The notes beneath the pieces are model-generated. The model was given only the letters and a program-made list of their open reading frames with translations. It searched no databases and was not told the origin of the DNA. From contig OZ249441.1 in the NCBI GenBank assembly GCA_965235115.1, forward strand, positions 10,912,001 through 10,976,000: a stretch of 64,000 nt of DNA. Direction: 5' to 3'. The translations under genes were made by a program, and so were the position numbers. Origin of the DNA: Laetmonice hystrix (lineage: Eukaryota). Positions 1 through 13,070 of the stretch are shown here, one piece after another. Numbering within the stretch: the stretch's first letter is position 1; each line of letters opens with the position of its first letter.

Positions 1-116
1 CAGCTACTGGTACAGTGATTACTGTGATAGACTTGCTGCCGCTGGCCCAATTTTCATGGCTCATCAGTTGAAGACAAAATTGGTTTGACCCGGTTGCTAT
101 GATGCCTAATACTGAC

Positions 117-2193
117 CTGTGGTCATCTTTCCACTGATTCTCTCTGGGTTATCCTGAGCATCTGCGATGGCAGCCAGAGGTAGACCCCAGTTGGCCACTG
201 AATAACAAACACTGAATAAACTGGGAATCAGTACAATCAAAAATCAAAACACTTTATCAGTGACTTAGTCACTTACAAGAACTTTTTTTTTTCCAAAGCA
301 TCCTTACAAGTTGAGCAATGTCTTCTTCAAATTCCAAAAACTAGATATGGATTAAATATTTCAATATTTAACTAACCTGGACCCCAGAAGTGCTGAAACA
401 GAAAAAAAGAAGATTATTATTAATCCCAGTTGGTAGACAGTGTTAATTATAAATGGAACCTGTTGAAAACATGATCAAGCCTTCTATATTTTGAGTATTG
501 GGCATTTCAGAAAGGTTTTGGCACACTACCAGGGCAACAAATCAAGGAGGTGACCTTGCATCTTATATATTTACACTCATAATTGTTTCTTGTTTTCAGA
601 AATGTAAAGAAAAATTCTATCTTAATTTGTGAGCAAGAGATAGTTAACTATGATAAGCAAAAAGGATTTCTCCTACTAAACCCACTACGTTATGACTGTT
701 AAAACATACTGTACAAGGCAAAAAATAAAATGGAAGATTTATAATTCCTGGTACGTACAGTACTGTTTGAAGTCCATGTCATCAGGATACCAACCATCAC
801 AGAAAAGAGTAATGAAAAAGAAAAAATATTTGCACCTTTCAATGTTAATATACAATCATAATTATTATCATAATATATAAATTATGTAATTGTAAGATCC
901 TTAAAATGTAAAAGGTGTGGCACCATGGATACAGTTCACATCAATCAATGACTCAAAGACAGTCACTTCGATCCTGCCTACCATCTGGAATTATATGGAA
1001 ACCTCTGGAATTTCAGGTCACTTTTTCAAGAGGTCCAAAATCGGGGAAAACATAGAAGTTCAAAAACCTCCAAAATTCCAGAAATTATGTCTGGAGTTTC
1101 AGTATTTTTCACCCTCAAGAGACCTTATTCCTGTACATATTATCTCTTTGATTAAAAAAAATATCACAGCTTGGTCAGTATTTTTGTAAACTCGATCACC
1201 AATCCTCGATCCTATCCACAAGGATATATGGACTGGACACAAAGACATCTGTGGCCTGATGCCACCAGATGTCAGCACCCGGACCTGCCATCCCATATTT
1301 GGATGTGGCCTAGGCAGGTTACGTCCCTTGACTTTCTCATTTCGCAGAACCAGCATTTAGAGCAGGAGACCAGAGTTACTCCGTCCAATCAGCGCCGATG
1401 ATTGTTTTCTATCAAGGTCAGTGGTCACAGTGTTGGTGTTTAACCTAGATGGGTGTTTGCATCCAGACCCTTTTTTCAAGCCATGAGCGGCCTTTGGCGG
1501 GGAAAAAGGTCTGGTGATCGAGACTAGTAAGTAGTATTTTTGAGTCGTAATAAAAGATCCGGGGTGCATTTCACAACCCTGCAGAGTCTGCAGGACTGTG
1601 TAATATAATATGCCCGAGGATTTGGTACTTTAAAAGGCCTACTCCTTTATTTAGTCATTTATTATTTAAAATTGTGGCACTTCTCAGGGCAACCAGAAAT
1701 TCTGTTGGGCAACCAGATTTGTTCTGTAGTGTAGCTATTGCAAACACCAATTCTGACATCAGTGATTATTATTATTATGATGTTACGTAATCGTATTGTA
1801 AGGTGACTCGGGTGACTCAAGTCAAGGTTAAAGAAATAATCCGAAATGAACTACGGTACATAATAACATTAACATATGACTTAATTTCTATCCACCACAA
1901 ACAGTTATAAATGCGGTTAGGCTACAGCTGTGAAGCACGCTGGTCCCAGTTCATGTTCACTGCCGAACGTACGCCCCCTAGCGGAGACCGGGCTTGAGCT
2001 TGGAAGGTGTCCAACCCCTGACTGAGTGTGACTGTGTGGTGTGTGTGGGTCAGCGAGTCAACCGAGTCAACACTGACTCCCTTAAAAACATGCTCAATCC
2101 TGAACTTGCACAAATGCACAAAAATTAGAACGTCTCTTAATCTTATAATAATGCAAACCTAAAAAAATATCTTCCCCAACTCAGTCCGGCCAT
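117..2193 (-). CDS. MPC1: Mitochondrial pyruvate carrier 1, 5' part (remaining exons lie left of the window)
   Basis: Minus-strand exons 2193-2159 ([11 protein letters not shown]+AG, donor GTTTGC), 762-759 (TACT), 392-377 (HFWGP+G, TTTCAG/GTTAGT) and 197-117 ([27 protein letters not shown], donor GTCAGT). Joined they read ...[23 protein letters not shown]...ISGKMT, the MPC1 family signature. The 4-nt exon is inferred from frame. Confidence 0.9.
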
Positions 2194-2355
2194 GCTGTTC
2201 CGAGTTGACCTTCCCAACGTCTCGTACACTGTCCACTGTCCTGACGATCCCCCGTGCGATGTTTTGACGGCCTTGACTTTGGGCCCCCCATTCTCGTGGG
2301 CAGTCACGTGGCCAGTGCGGCCGGTGCGTGGCTTCACCCTGAAGTGGTAGTGACA
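2194..2355. promoter_or_regulatory. Bidirectional promoter/5'UTRs shared by MPC1 and CSTF2
   Basis: Only 162 bp between the divergent ATGs (2193 and 2356); GC-rich; E-box GTCACGTGG with core at 2305-2310. Confidence 0.7.
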
Positions 2356-5300
2356 ATGGCGGTAGCTATGATGCAGCAGATGAACCCGCCGCTGACGGCG
2401 GCGGAGAGAGCAGCTCGCTCAGTGTTCGGTAGGTGATAACCTCCTCTAACTCCAGGGTATGCGCTGCATCCATAATAAAGGTTGAACTGTATGGTTTTCA
2501 GAGAGATTAAGGTCCAACAAAATACCGCACGTTGAGCGATAATATGTCGATTAAAAGGGAAGACCCAAATTTTGTGATGTTATTTAGGCCTATATTAGAT
2601 CTAGGCTAAAATAGGCAGCACTGCCTGCGTATGGATGGGGCATGTGACTGCAATACTGGATTCTTATTGGATAATGTCTGACGGCAGAATAGCAGATTAT
2701 CTAATTAGTGTCCCAATTAACAATTTTGTGTTAGTTAGGCTTAACCATGTTAACCTAATTAACCTAACCCAAATTCCCAAACATATTGTAACACAGTGGT
2801 TATTCTGCCCTCTGACGGCAGAATAACAATGGGAGACTCGAAATAAGGGAGTTCCCGTCTTTTCCGCCTCGGTCCCGTATGGCGACACATTAGTATGACG
2901 TTAGATAGGATGACAAAATGCTAATCTGTAGCTGGGTGCCGTGGTGCTATTTGTTATGAAATTTGATGGTGCGTTTAGGAGCTATTCAACATGGCGGAGC
3001 CTATTGAGTTTTTCATAACAAATAGTCTAAATGCATCCTGCCACAGATTAGCAATTCGTCGTCCTATATAACGTCATGCTAATGTGCAGTAGACAGGACT
3101 GGGGCGACAGTGCTGCCGCCACGCAGATATTACTGGAATGCACCGTTGCGCATGCGTCTCAAGTCTCCCATTAAATGGAATTTGTATGTTTATTAGTGAG
3201 GAACGACTGGTATCTTTGTAGAGCCTGTCAAATTGTGTGGTCGTTGCCAGGAAATTCTGTTTGGAAAATGAGAAAATCTGTTTGTTTCCACACAAACTTT
3301 TGAAAATTCAGTTTTTTTGGTGTGTTTTCATATGTTAATGTTGTAAAAGCCTGCTGTAACTTTACGGTCTATGCATACACAAAGCAGTGGTCCACATTTC
3401 ATTTAATGTTTTTATGTTCTTACAGTGGGAAATATTCCATATGAAGCAACTGAGGAACAGCTGAAAGATATCTTTGCTCAGGTTGGACCCGTTGTTAGCT
3501 TTAGGTAAGTCTAGCAGGAGTTCATGAAATAATCTGATGAAGGAGTGAAGGGTAATTCTTTGCAGTATTGATAGGATTATTGATAGGATTATTGATACGA
3601 TGTCTGTCAAACCTAACAAGGTGAATTGGTTTTAAGATCTTTGAATTCATGATTTAGAAGAAATAAGGTGTCAAAACAAAACAAAGGATATGATTTAAGG
3701 GCAGTTGCTTTTCTTTTGCTATTAACAAAAGGAATGCAAGAATGAACATGACAAATAAACATGTCTGAATGTATCACTTTAATTTTAGAGGCCTATCTTT
3801 AAGGAGGTGGTTTGTCTTTAATAGTAGCAATACTGAATACATGTATTCATTTAGAGATCCAGTCCTAAATACACAGTCTATATACCGTATTTCATTAGAA
3901 TGGAAAGAATGATCAACCTAATGTATAAGTCTTGTTAATGTATTCGTTATAGGTTGGTATATGACAGAGAAACTGGCAAACCCAAAGGGTATGGATTCTG
4001 CGAGTACCAGGATATTGAAACGGCACAGAGTGCCATGCGAAACTTGAACAATCATGACTTCAATGGCCGTCCTTTACGGGTGGGTGTTGCTGCAGGAGAA
4101 CAAAATAAGGAAGATATGAAAAGTAAGTAACCTGTCATCTGTAATCAGCAAAACCTGTCGTAAAGTGGCACTGCAGGAACCCTTTTGAATGTTTGTTTTT
4201 GAATCCTCATTGGCCTGTGTTTCGTTGAAAGCAAACTTGTGATATTTGTGTGAACCAACTTGTGAATATTGATGGTGGTGTTGTGTCTATCGATTGGGCT
4301 CAGACAGGGGATGGGAGTTTTAAGTCAGATAAGTCCTGCCTTCAAAGATTTGTACATCTATGGTTTTAGATGACAAAAGATGAGTTGTCAGGAATTGTAT
4401 GCCATTCACAGTACAAGCTATAGATGAAATAGTTTAACCGGAGAGGTACCTATATAGCATGAGAACTTCAACCAAACAGTTGCACCCCTAATTTTGGTAC
4501 TCATTTTAAACAATTCTTAAATTGGATTTATAAGCTGTGGCTTTAAAAGCAGGATTGACGGTACTCACCACAAAGATCCACAGGCTGCTATGTTCTCTAT
4601 TTCTGTTCAGTAGAAGGATGCTTGTACAGTATTTCATGACCTGATAATGTCCGTTGATTTTATTTCCTGTAGGTATGCAGCAAGCTGTTGGTGGAGCCCC
4701 AGTGGAGGTAATAATATTGCATTGAAATACTTGACAAAATCAGATCTCGTAAGTTGGAAGGAAGAGGCTAACAAAAATTTCGATCTTGTAAGCTGTATGC
4801 ATTTATACAGCCTAGTGCCCTTTTATGTATACACATGTATGTAGATTTAAAACACACAAATCAGATAAACAAATACGTGGTAAGTGTATGAGCGTGTCAA
4901 TATTTTATGTTTCAGAGCCCATATGGAGACTCTATAGAACCAGAGAAAGCACCTGAGGCAATCTCCCGGGCTGTGGCCAGCTTGCCACCCGAGCAGATGT
5001 TTGAATTGATGAAACAAATGAAGGTAACAAATGAAATACCTCTGGCTGTTGATTTCAGATGAGAAAACTGATGAGAGAACTTGATTTATTAGGGGAGTCA
5101 TCATTAGGCAACATCCAAGACATAGATGAGAATAATAGCCTGAGGACTAGATATAACCAGTATTGAAGTGAAATATAATTTAACTTATAATGTAAGAAAA
5201 AATATGGAACACAGAATTCTGTGAGCAAAGTTTAACAAAGGATTGAAAACCATGTGTAACGTGATTTTTTTTGTATTTCAGCTATGCATTCAGAACAACC

Positions 5301-8300
5301 CAAATGAGGCTCGCAACATGCTGCTGCAGAATCCCCAGTTGGCATATGCCCTCCTTCAGGCCCAGATTGTAATGAAGATCGTTGACCCCCAAGTGGCCAT
5401 GGTAAGAACTATACATCCTGCCATGTTGTACACAGAGAAAAAAAATGCTAGAAAGGCCAGCTTCATTGTACCCCTTCCTGGTGGACAATCACTTGTTTAA
5501 TGCCCCTTCCTTTGGAGATAAACGCCAGTATAGTTAGCCCCCCACCTGGACAGACACTAGCTTCATTGTTACCTCTTCCTGACAAACCCCAGTCTAAAGC
5601 TACCCCCATTCTGAGCCAGGACCAGCTGGGCCACCTGGACCTCGTCCACATCCACTGTTTTAGGTGGTCAGTGCCACTACTTTCCATCTTGCAGGCCATG
5701 TTACACAGACAGACAGAGCACATCCCACCACTCCTTCCATCCAACTCCAATGGTGGCAACCCTGAAGATATGGTGAGCCTTTAGTTACAAACCAAAATTT
5801 AATCAAACGTTACGGCAAAGTCAAAACAAAACCACAGTGATGGGTGACTGATGGCACACTACTGTTGCATATTAATGAATAATTCGGTGGTAGTCTTTTG
5901 GTAAAGTGAGTAATTTTGGCAGTGTAAAAAGTACTGATGTCATGCAGATCTTAATGAGGTTTTGGGTTTTTACATAGAAAGGAGATGGCAGTAATGCCCC
6001 ATCACTTGGGGGTCTCACCGCTACATCTATGGGCGTACCGGCATCAATGGCACCACCCTCACTCATGGCACAACCTACTTCAATGGCACCACCAGTGTCA
6101 ATGACAGGAGGCTCAGACTTTGGTAGGCTTACAGACTTGTAGTTATAATTTTGGGAGGCATCTGTTTGTTTCCAATTAATCTGCGAATGCTGTCGTTATT
6201 TAGTATATTTTATTGAGCAGTCAACCAAACATTTCCAAAGTTGTATGACAGTTTTGCTGGGATAACATGGTATACAAAAATGTTATGTGGAATCCAGGTC
6301 GAGGTCCGCCTAGCTTGATGTCGCAGGTAGGAAGACCCGGTGCTGGTCTTCTTGGAGACATGCCACAGATGTCCAACCGTGGTGGGCAGATGGGGCAAGG
6401 ACAGGGAGCACCGCGACTCATGGATAGAGGTAATGTCTTCTTTTCCCTTTTTTTAAGTAGGACATGTATGTAGATGAAACCACTGGTAAATGTAAAACTA
6501 TAAGTTACTAGTAAGCCATCAATGACTGAGCAATAAAAGTTAATTAATCAGGCTTGAATTCCTATATATTGGCAAAGTTATTTCATGAACTCATCTTTAG
6601 GAAAATGGATGTAGTTTTAAAGCTTTGATTTCATTACAAAACAGTGAAGACAGATTAGATTTAAGCTATCAGTTTACTGAATGACAAGCCTGAGAATAAT
6701 CTTATTGAATATTAATATGGGAAAGAAAATTTATCATTCTGTGTTTCAGGGGCTATGCAAGATATGGGTGGAATGCGTGGACCTCAGGACATGGGAGGCC
6801 CGCGTGACATGGGTGGGCCTCGCGACATGGGTGCACAGAGAGATATGGGAGGACCTCGAGACATGGGTGGACCTCGCGACATGGGTGGTCCTCGAGATAT
6901 GGGTGGTGCAAGGGACATGGGTAGTGGAAGAGACATGGGTGGTGCAAGGGACATGGGTGGCATGAGGGATGTTGGTGCTCAAAGGGACATGAGCCGAGGT
7001 GGCCTTGGGCCAGCTTCAGGCCAAAGAGCCGGCCTGGGGGGCCCACCAGAAATGTCGCAGCGAGGCCTCCCACCACGTGACATTAGAGACCCAAGGAACA
7101 TGTCTGGTGGAGACCCACGCAGCATGGGTGCAGCTGACCCCCGTGGAATGGGAAGCGCAGATGGGCGTGGCATGGTGGGCACAGATATGCGGGGAATGGG
7201 TGGCACAGATCCAAGGACAATGGGTGGGATGGACCCACGTGGAATGGGCGGCGTCAGCAATCCCAGACCTATGGGCTCCGGCATGGATCCTCGCGGACCA
7301 ACCCGTGGCCAGCCAGCTGGAGGGGGACCACCATCTGGACCTCCTCGTCAACAGGTGAGCCTTGGCTTTACTTTGTTTTGTCTGGCCGTATGGTCAAGGT
7401 CAATATATACTTTTGACTTTAAGGTTTCTGTCTAACCTTTAGATAAGGAAAATAACACCAATTTAGAATCTTGCATGGTTGAATTGTGCACCTAGAAAAA
7501 ATGAATTACTTGACTAATTCTGCTTAGTTATAAGGAAAGCAGAATGTGCATCATGCAACAGTTGTAAAAGTTTTACAATTCCTTTTCTGTAAAACTGGTC
7601 AGGGTACTGGCCAGCAGTGTTAACCAGGGTTTTCTGCAGGCCTGGTTTAGGGGGCAGACTCCCCCCACCCACCCCCTACCCAAAACAAAATCAGGTACTC
7701 TCCAAAAGATTTCTGGCTGTCTATTTCTGAAAGAAGCCTGCCCCTAGGCACTGTCCCAGGAGTTGTTGCCCACTGTCTCTTTCACTATGATCAGCCATGG
7801 TGTGGCGCATACCTTCGCATTTTCTTCAGCAATGAGCTGTCGCCCATAATCTATGCCTGCCACAGCAGCTCTGTGGCCCACAATTTACACATTCCATTTA
7901 TTGCAGCTACCAAACACACCCCCCAACTTGGCAATGCTAAGCAAGGTAAGCCCTTGTAGGCACAGTAGCAGTAGGGGGTGGACAATTTGAAAGCCTACAT
8001 GTATTCACTGTTGTGGTCTTCATCAGTACTTGCACTCACAGGAATGAGTGCTGAACTACACTCAGCTGGATACATTAGCATTCATGATGGGAAAACTCTG
8101 CATGTGAAATTTTTGTATGCTAAATTGTGAAAAATGAAGTAAGCCTTGAGGTCCACAGCTTATTGTGGAGAGAACCCTTTTTCTTTAGACTAAATACCTC
8201 ATATGTTGAGTTCTGTGCTATTCAGTAAAGTCTAGTTGGTACAGATATCGTACTCATTCATTTCTACAGCCTGTGGAAACAAATCATGTTTATTTATAAA

Positions 8301-9468
8301 GAAGGATATGGTGATTCTGTAGGAGAGGTCCAAACCAGATGATGGTTTAACCTTAAAAGAGATAGGCCATATCGTTAATGAGCATGCCCTTTCTTTGGAA
8401 CTTTTAGTGATTTGCATTTCAAGTATCATGTGTATTTCAGTTGAGCCCAGTAAGGTTGCATTCCACTGAAATTTGCTTTTTATCAGGACAATATTGAAAA
8501 TGTTAATGCTGTGGTAAGATGCTGCTTGCATGACCATGACCTGGCTTTGGCTGTAATAGCAGTGTCTTGTGGTCTGTCAGTATTGTACCCAATGTGCAGT
8601 ACAATCTTGAGAAAGTCCCAGTTTAATCATGAACCTGGGATGCGTTTCTCATCATGTCGTTAGCTTGTCATATCGTTAGCTCCAATGCATTTTTAATGGG
8701 ACGTTTAATGCACGACCGGATAAGATGAGAAATGCACCCCAGATGTGTAAACTAGAACTAATTAGTAATATTATTTCAACATGCTATGGATGCATTTCTC
8801 AAGAGTTGTTTACGATTTATAGACTTGTAGCCAGTAACAAAGAGTGGATTGCTTGCTAAGGTAGAGGTTATTATGTATGTAAACATAAACATAATGTGAT
8901 CGTGTGTGCATGTTTGCAGCCCGGAGGGATGATGAGCGGACTGAGTGGATTGGGAGCACTTACAGCAGGTGGTCAGAGTGGTGCTGGAGGAGGGGGAAGT
9001 CAGGACCAGGAAAAGGTAAACAACAAAACGTTTCATTTTCTAAACATTCTAGACTAGTTTACGGGGTCTACTTACTTGTGGCAGGGTAAGTAGTGATCAG
9101 AGTCACTCTTGTTTATTCTGTCAGATGTTTCTGGGCACTTTTTATACAACCTACATTATCAGTAATTTTACGATTATTTTAAGATTTGAAGTATTGAGGT
9201 ATCAGAATGAAAATGTGTCAAACCATTGCTAATTTTACATCTCTTTCACTCGTCAGGCCTTTTTGATACATGTATTAATGAGAAGATAATGGTAACTAAG
9301 CAATGCTCTCTCTGTTTCTCTCCTTACCGACAGGCAGCACTGATCATGCAGGTACTGCAGCTGTCGGACCAGCAGATCGCCATGTTGCCTCCAGATCAGA
9401 GACAAAGCATCCTGATATTGAAGGATCAGATATCTCGAAGCGCTGGGCCAGGGGGACCACCCTCATAG
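2356..9468 (+). CDS. CSTF2: Cleavage stimulation factor 64 kDa subunit (CstF-64), 591 aa, 12 exons
   Basis: Exons 2356-2428, 3426-3504, 3953-4122, 4673-4707, 4916-5023, 5282-5401, 5695-5772, 5978-6122, 6298-6429, 6750-7354, 8920-9015, 9334-9468. All introns GT-AG and phases consistent (1776 nt). [24 protein letters not shown]...[18 protein letters not shown]; hinge [22 protein letters not shown]...[15 protein letters not shown]; C-terminal [38 protein letters not shown]. Confidence 0.97.
6788..6985 (+). repeat. Coding 18-bp repeat: 11 x DMGGPR-like hexapeptide in CSTF2 exon 10
   Basis: Read directly from ORF 6755-7435 (residues D12-R77); followed by looser DPRGMGG-type octapeptides. Confidence 0.9.
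8635..8742. mobile_element. Small MITE-like remnant in CSTF2 intron 10
   Basis: CTGGGATGCGTTTCTCATC at the left end versus GATGAGAAATGCACCCCAG at the right end (19-bp inverted repeat, 2 mismatches); no clear TSD. Confidence 0.4.
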
Positions 9469-9931
9469 GAGGTGGGACAGACAGGGTCGGTCTGGGCCCA
9501 CTGAATACACACACTTCTGGCGTCATTTGCATTTTGTTATGTTCATGCCGATGTCTTAGATATTCGAATGTGTTATCTTAGTGGACATTATATGCAGCAG
9601 CTTTATGTCGTTTTGAAAAGTTATATGTAATGAATTCTTATAGCAGAGATACATATAATTGCAGACTGCATAGATTGTAAATTTATTAACATTGTCAGGA
9701 GTGAGAACAAGACATTGTGGAATATCCTTTTTCAGTGTTACAGCTGGAAAGTAAGGGATGAGCATTTAATTGGGCGTTTAGTGAGTTACCGGTGTATTGT
9801 ACAACACGTGTTGTTCTAAGGTTGCCCTCATGACTAATAACGGTAGTCTCATCAGTTGCAGCTTATGGCACATCCCGAGGGTCTTTAACATAAATATTTC
9901 TGATTCCAGTACATGTACATGATTTAGAAAT

Positions 9932-9937
9932 AATAAA
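9932..9937 (+). terminator. Probable CSTF2 polyadenylation signal
   Basis: AATAAA 464 nt after the stop, TGTA motif upstream, U/GU-rich tract (GCGTTTTATTTGGTTGCATTTT) downstream. Confidence 0.5.
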
Positions 9938-12900
9938 CGGTGTTTCATTCACAGCTACACAAGTACAGTGGCGTTTTATTTGGTTGCATTTTCTACCCAC
10001 CCACGTAGGATGTATTATAGACTTTTATAGTACAATATTCCAGTTTTTATCAAATTTAGTCACTTGTAGTCAGGGTTGGCAATAAAATCGAGGATATGTG
10101 ACGGGGGGGATTATCTTGTAAACGAAAGTCTGCCTACGCATAGTCTATAGGTCTATTATTAGTGGACCGATAAATTGCATTCTGCAGTGGATGGGACCAT
10201 AAAATACTGGCTAACTTGCATGGAGTCAGGCAACTAGTGCAAGGCGACGGTCGACCGAGACCTAGATGAAATTTGATAAGGCTTTGATCGATCTTTACTA
10301 CCTCCAACCTGTTATCGGTATCTAAGAGTCATGCTTATGCATGGCCCACATGTCTCTGCCAAGCAACACTGTATTGGTAGTCGGGCTATCGTTTGAAATA
10401 GACTTAGGTGCCTCTACTAGCTTGTACTTTAGAACATTGAAATGACCCGGCTAAAGTGAGCGAGCTGTCGGATATTGCTGCTAAACTTTTCGTTATGGGG
10501 CGTAATACTGACTGGGTACCCCACGTAAGACTTTATCGGCCCACTCCTGAAGTTTGGAATTGTTCACAACAGGCAAGACAAATGGTGTATTTTGGGGAAC
10601 ATAGCTATGGAATAGCAGTAAGTAGGTATTGAAAATGTTAGTGGTAGAGTGTTGGTGCAAGTTAACCTTACATTACTAGAATGAGATAATGCAATAATTA
10701 AAATTGCGTGTAAGTAGATTTGTAGTAAGTAGGTCTATGCATGGTGTGTACCATATATCTTAAGATGGCATTGACGTTTGATAAAGAAAGGGCCCTGCTT
10801 AACGTTACTTGGAATGCTTTAATTCGCATCTTAGACCACTATGGATGTGCTTTCAGAATATTATCACTAGAGCTGCATCACCACGTCATATACCTATTGG
10901 CACGTCTTAAAGGGGCAGGACACTTCAGAGGCGTGGAAATTGGACTCTAACTTAGGCCCTGAGGATGAAATGGTTAAACTAGAGGATAATGTCTAAAAGA
11001 AAATCAGGCCTTGGAGGCTCCAAGCTATTTCATGAACGCGTCCGAAACGTTGTGAATGCAGACGAAACAACGTACAAACTACTGGCTGATTTAAGTCCAC
11101 ATCTTTGCTGCTCAAATAAACCTGGACACCACTGGTTCCGACAACAATTTTACCTCCCAACCAATTGTACTCAAGGCCAAAGTGTGTGCGATAAAATCAT
11201 GGGTAAAGAAGAGGAATATTTCACACGTGGGGCAAGGTTGACATCAGAAAGTGCAAACCTACACCATTCTAGCCTTTGTGACGTCATTGGTCCTGATGTG
11301 TGTTGGGAGTGCAGGCGGTCTGGACGACAAGGACAATTTTTAAGAGATCTTGAGAAGCATGCAGCGTTCCCTCAAATCAATCTAACCATGGGGAAACAAC
11401 GAAATAGACTGAATGCTTCAGTAAAACCAAATCGTTTTCAGAAAGTGAATAAATATACTTTTCCTATTAGAAATATGGATCCAATTAAAGCAGTTTCCGA
11501 TGCACAAACGTGGCAGAATCTTGCCCCAAATCAGGAAACGTGTTGCAGCCCAAAGGTTTGACTCTCAGCCCATACCTTTGGTAAACTATGTCTTGTGAAA
11601 TATAGGAAAGTAAATTAGTTGGATATTTATCCAAACCTATACCACAGACCATATTTAACCAGTACTACGTATACCGTGATCAGTTAATAAAATCACCTGC
11701 AGAGACAATTTGTTTTACATAATTTTTACATATTTATTTTTTGAAGACATGGAAATAGGAAGATGGACACAACATGTAAATGGAGATTATTTACCCAATA
11801 CAGAATGGCTTCTACATGACACACTATGTCCATGTAGCTCTTCAATACGTACAACACCACTGTAAAAACATTTAGTTCTAAGTATTACAATGTATAAATA
11901 AAAGAAATACATTGAACTTCTGCAAGACTTATAAAATGCAGCACTGACTAGCACACATACATGTCTATCGTATGTTGACGATATAGGGTAAATATGCATA
12001 CTTGTAACTTCAAAGGTAAAGATGACCTCTGCTTTATAACTCCCGACATACCGACAAATCTGCTGAACTCATCAGCAGAGTTTGTAGTACTTTGTATGTA
12101 CATACATGTCTATTTGAATACATACATTGTGCACCAATATATTTTGAGCGTATCTATGTGTATGTTTTGAATCACGGGTTTTCAGCAACCATGGCAGTTT
12201 ATTAATTCAATACATCCAGTGAACTGTCTGTAATAGATCTCAGGTCTTAGTTGCTAAGACTGGTTTTCTCCATGCATTACTACCGACTTCCACAGGAGAA
12301 CCACAACAGCACCTTCTCAAATCAATCGTGATGCCTTGTGGGTAGTCAGTGAAAAGATCATATGTATAAAGCTGAGATGACAACAATATGTACATGGTGG
12401 ATTTTCTTATCAACTATTCAATTAAAATATAACTTAAAGTGAAAACTTTTCCTTTATTTTTCCTTGGATTTCGCTTTGCATCGACCGGCAGTCAGACTTT
12501 TTATGTTTCCAGTCATAGATTTTCCCAATTTAGGTATAAAGTTCTGAAACTGCTATGGCATCAATCCAACTCTTAGGCAACACCTTTCATTATTTACAAC
12601 AATTACATGTAAAACTTCGATGTGAAATATGGAATTGAAATTAAAGAATACATGCATATTCTTGAATACTTAGTTAAATCACATTCATGTCCATCACATT
12701 TATTATACATCGCACTTCATAAATAACCCACAATAAATGAACACTTTCTCAACTTACTCTTTTGCAAATACACTATGATTCAACTCCACTTCTAAAAATA
12801 TATTTCTACTCTACATGTTGTTGTGAACAGCTGTTTAGTACACAAGTTTTAAACAAGTCTGTTTATTGTTGCTAACACATGACATCATTATTTTCAGAAA

Positions 12901-13070
12901 TTCAATGAAAACTTTTCAAGTATTTTGAAAATTGTAACCTTTGAATAATGTTGCAGAGAAACATCATTTTTCAAAAGCTAGAATAAAACTGATCTTCTCT
13001 TTCAAAAACCACCAAAACGGTACACAAATGCTTCATTGCTGTACAAAATTTCACTAAACCTGTGTAAGTT

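Noticed and set aside
705-710. Strong minus-strand acceptor (TTTTTTGCCTTGTACAG) as the MPC1 microexon
   Set aside because: Followed by TATG with no valid donor at +4 and would not encode the conserved Thr; the TACT site fits better.
117-2193. MPC1 as part of the human-X synteny argument
   Set aside because: Human MPC1 is on chromosome 6; the X-linked MPC1L is a mammalian retrocopy, so its location is uninformative.
5066-5142. Intronic C/D-box snoRNA in CSTF2 intron 5 (CTGATGA...CTGA)
   Set aside because: Non-consensus C box, no terminal stem, and no rRNA-complementary guide I could recognise.
6746-7358. Alternative-frame and antisense ORFs over CSTF2 exon 10
   Set aside because: Shadows of the repetitive Gly/Met-rich coding frame.
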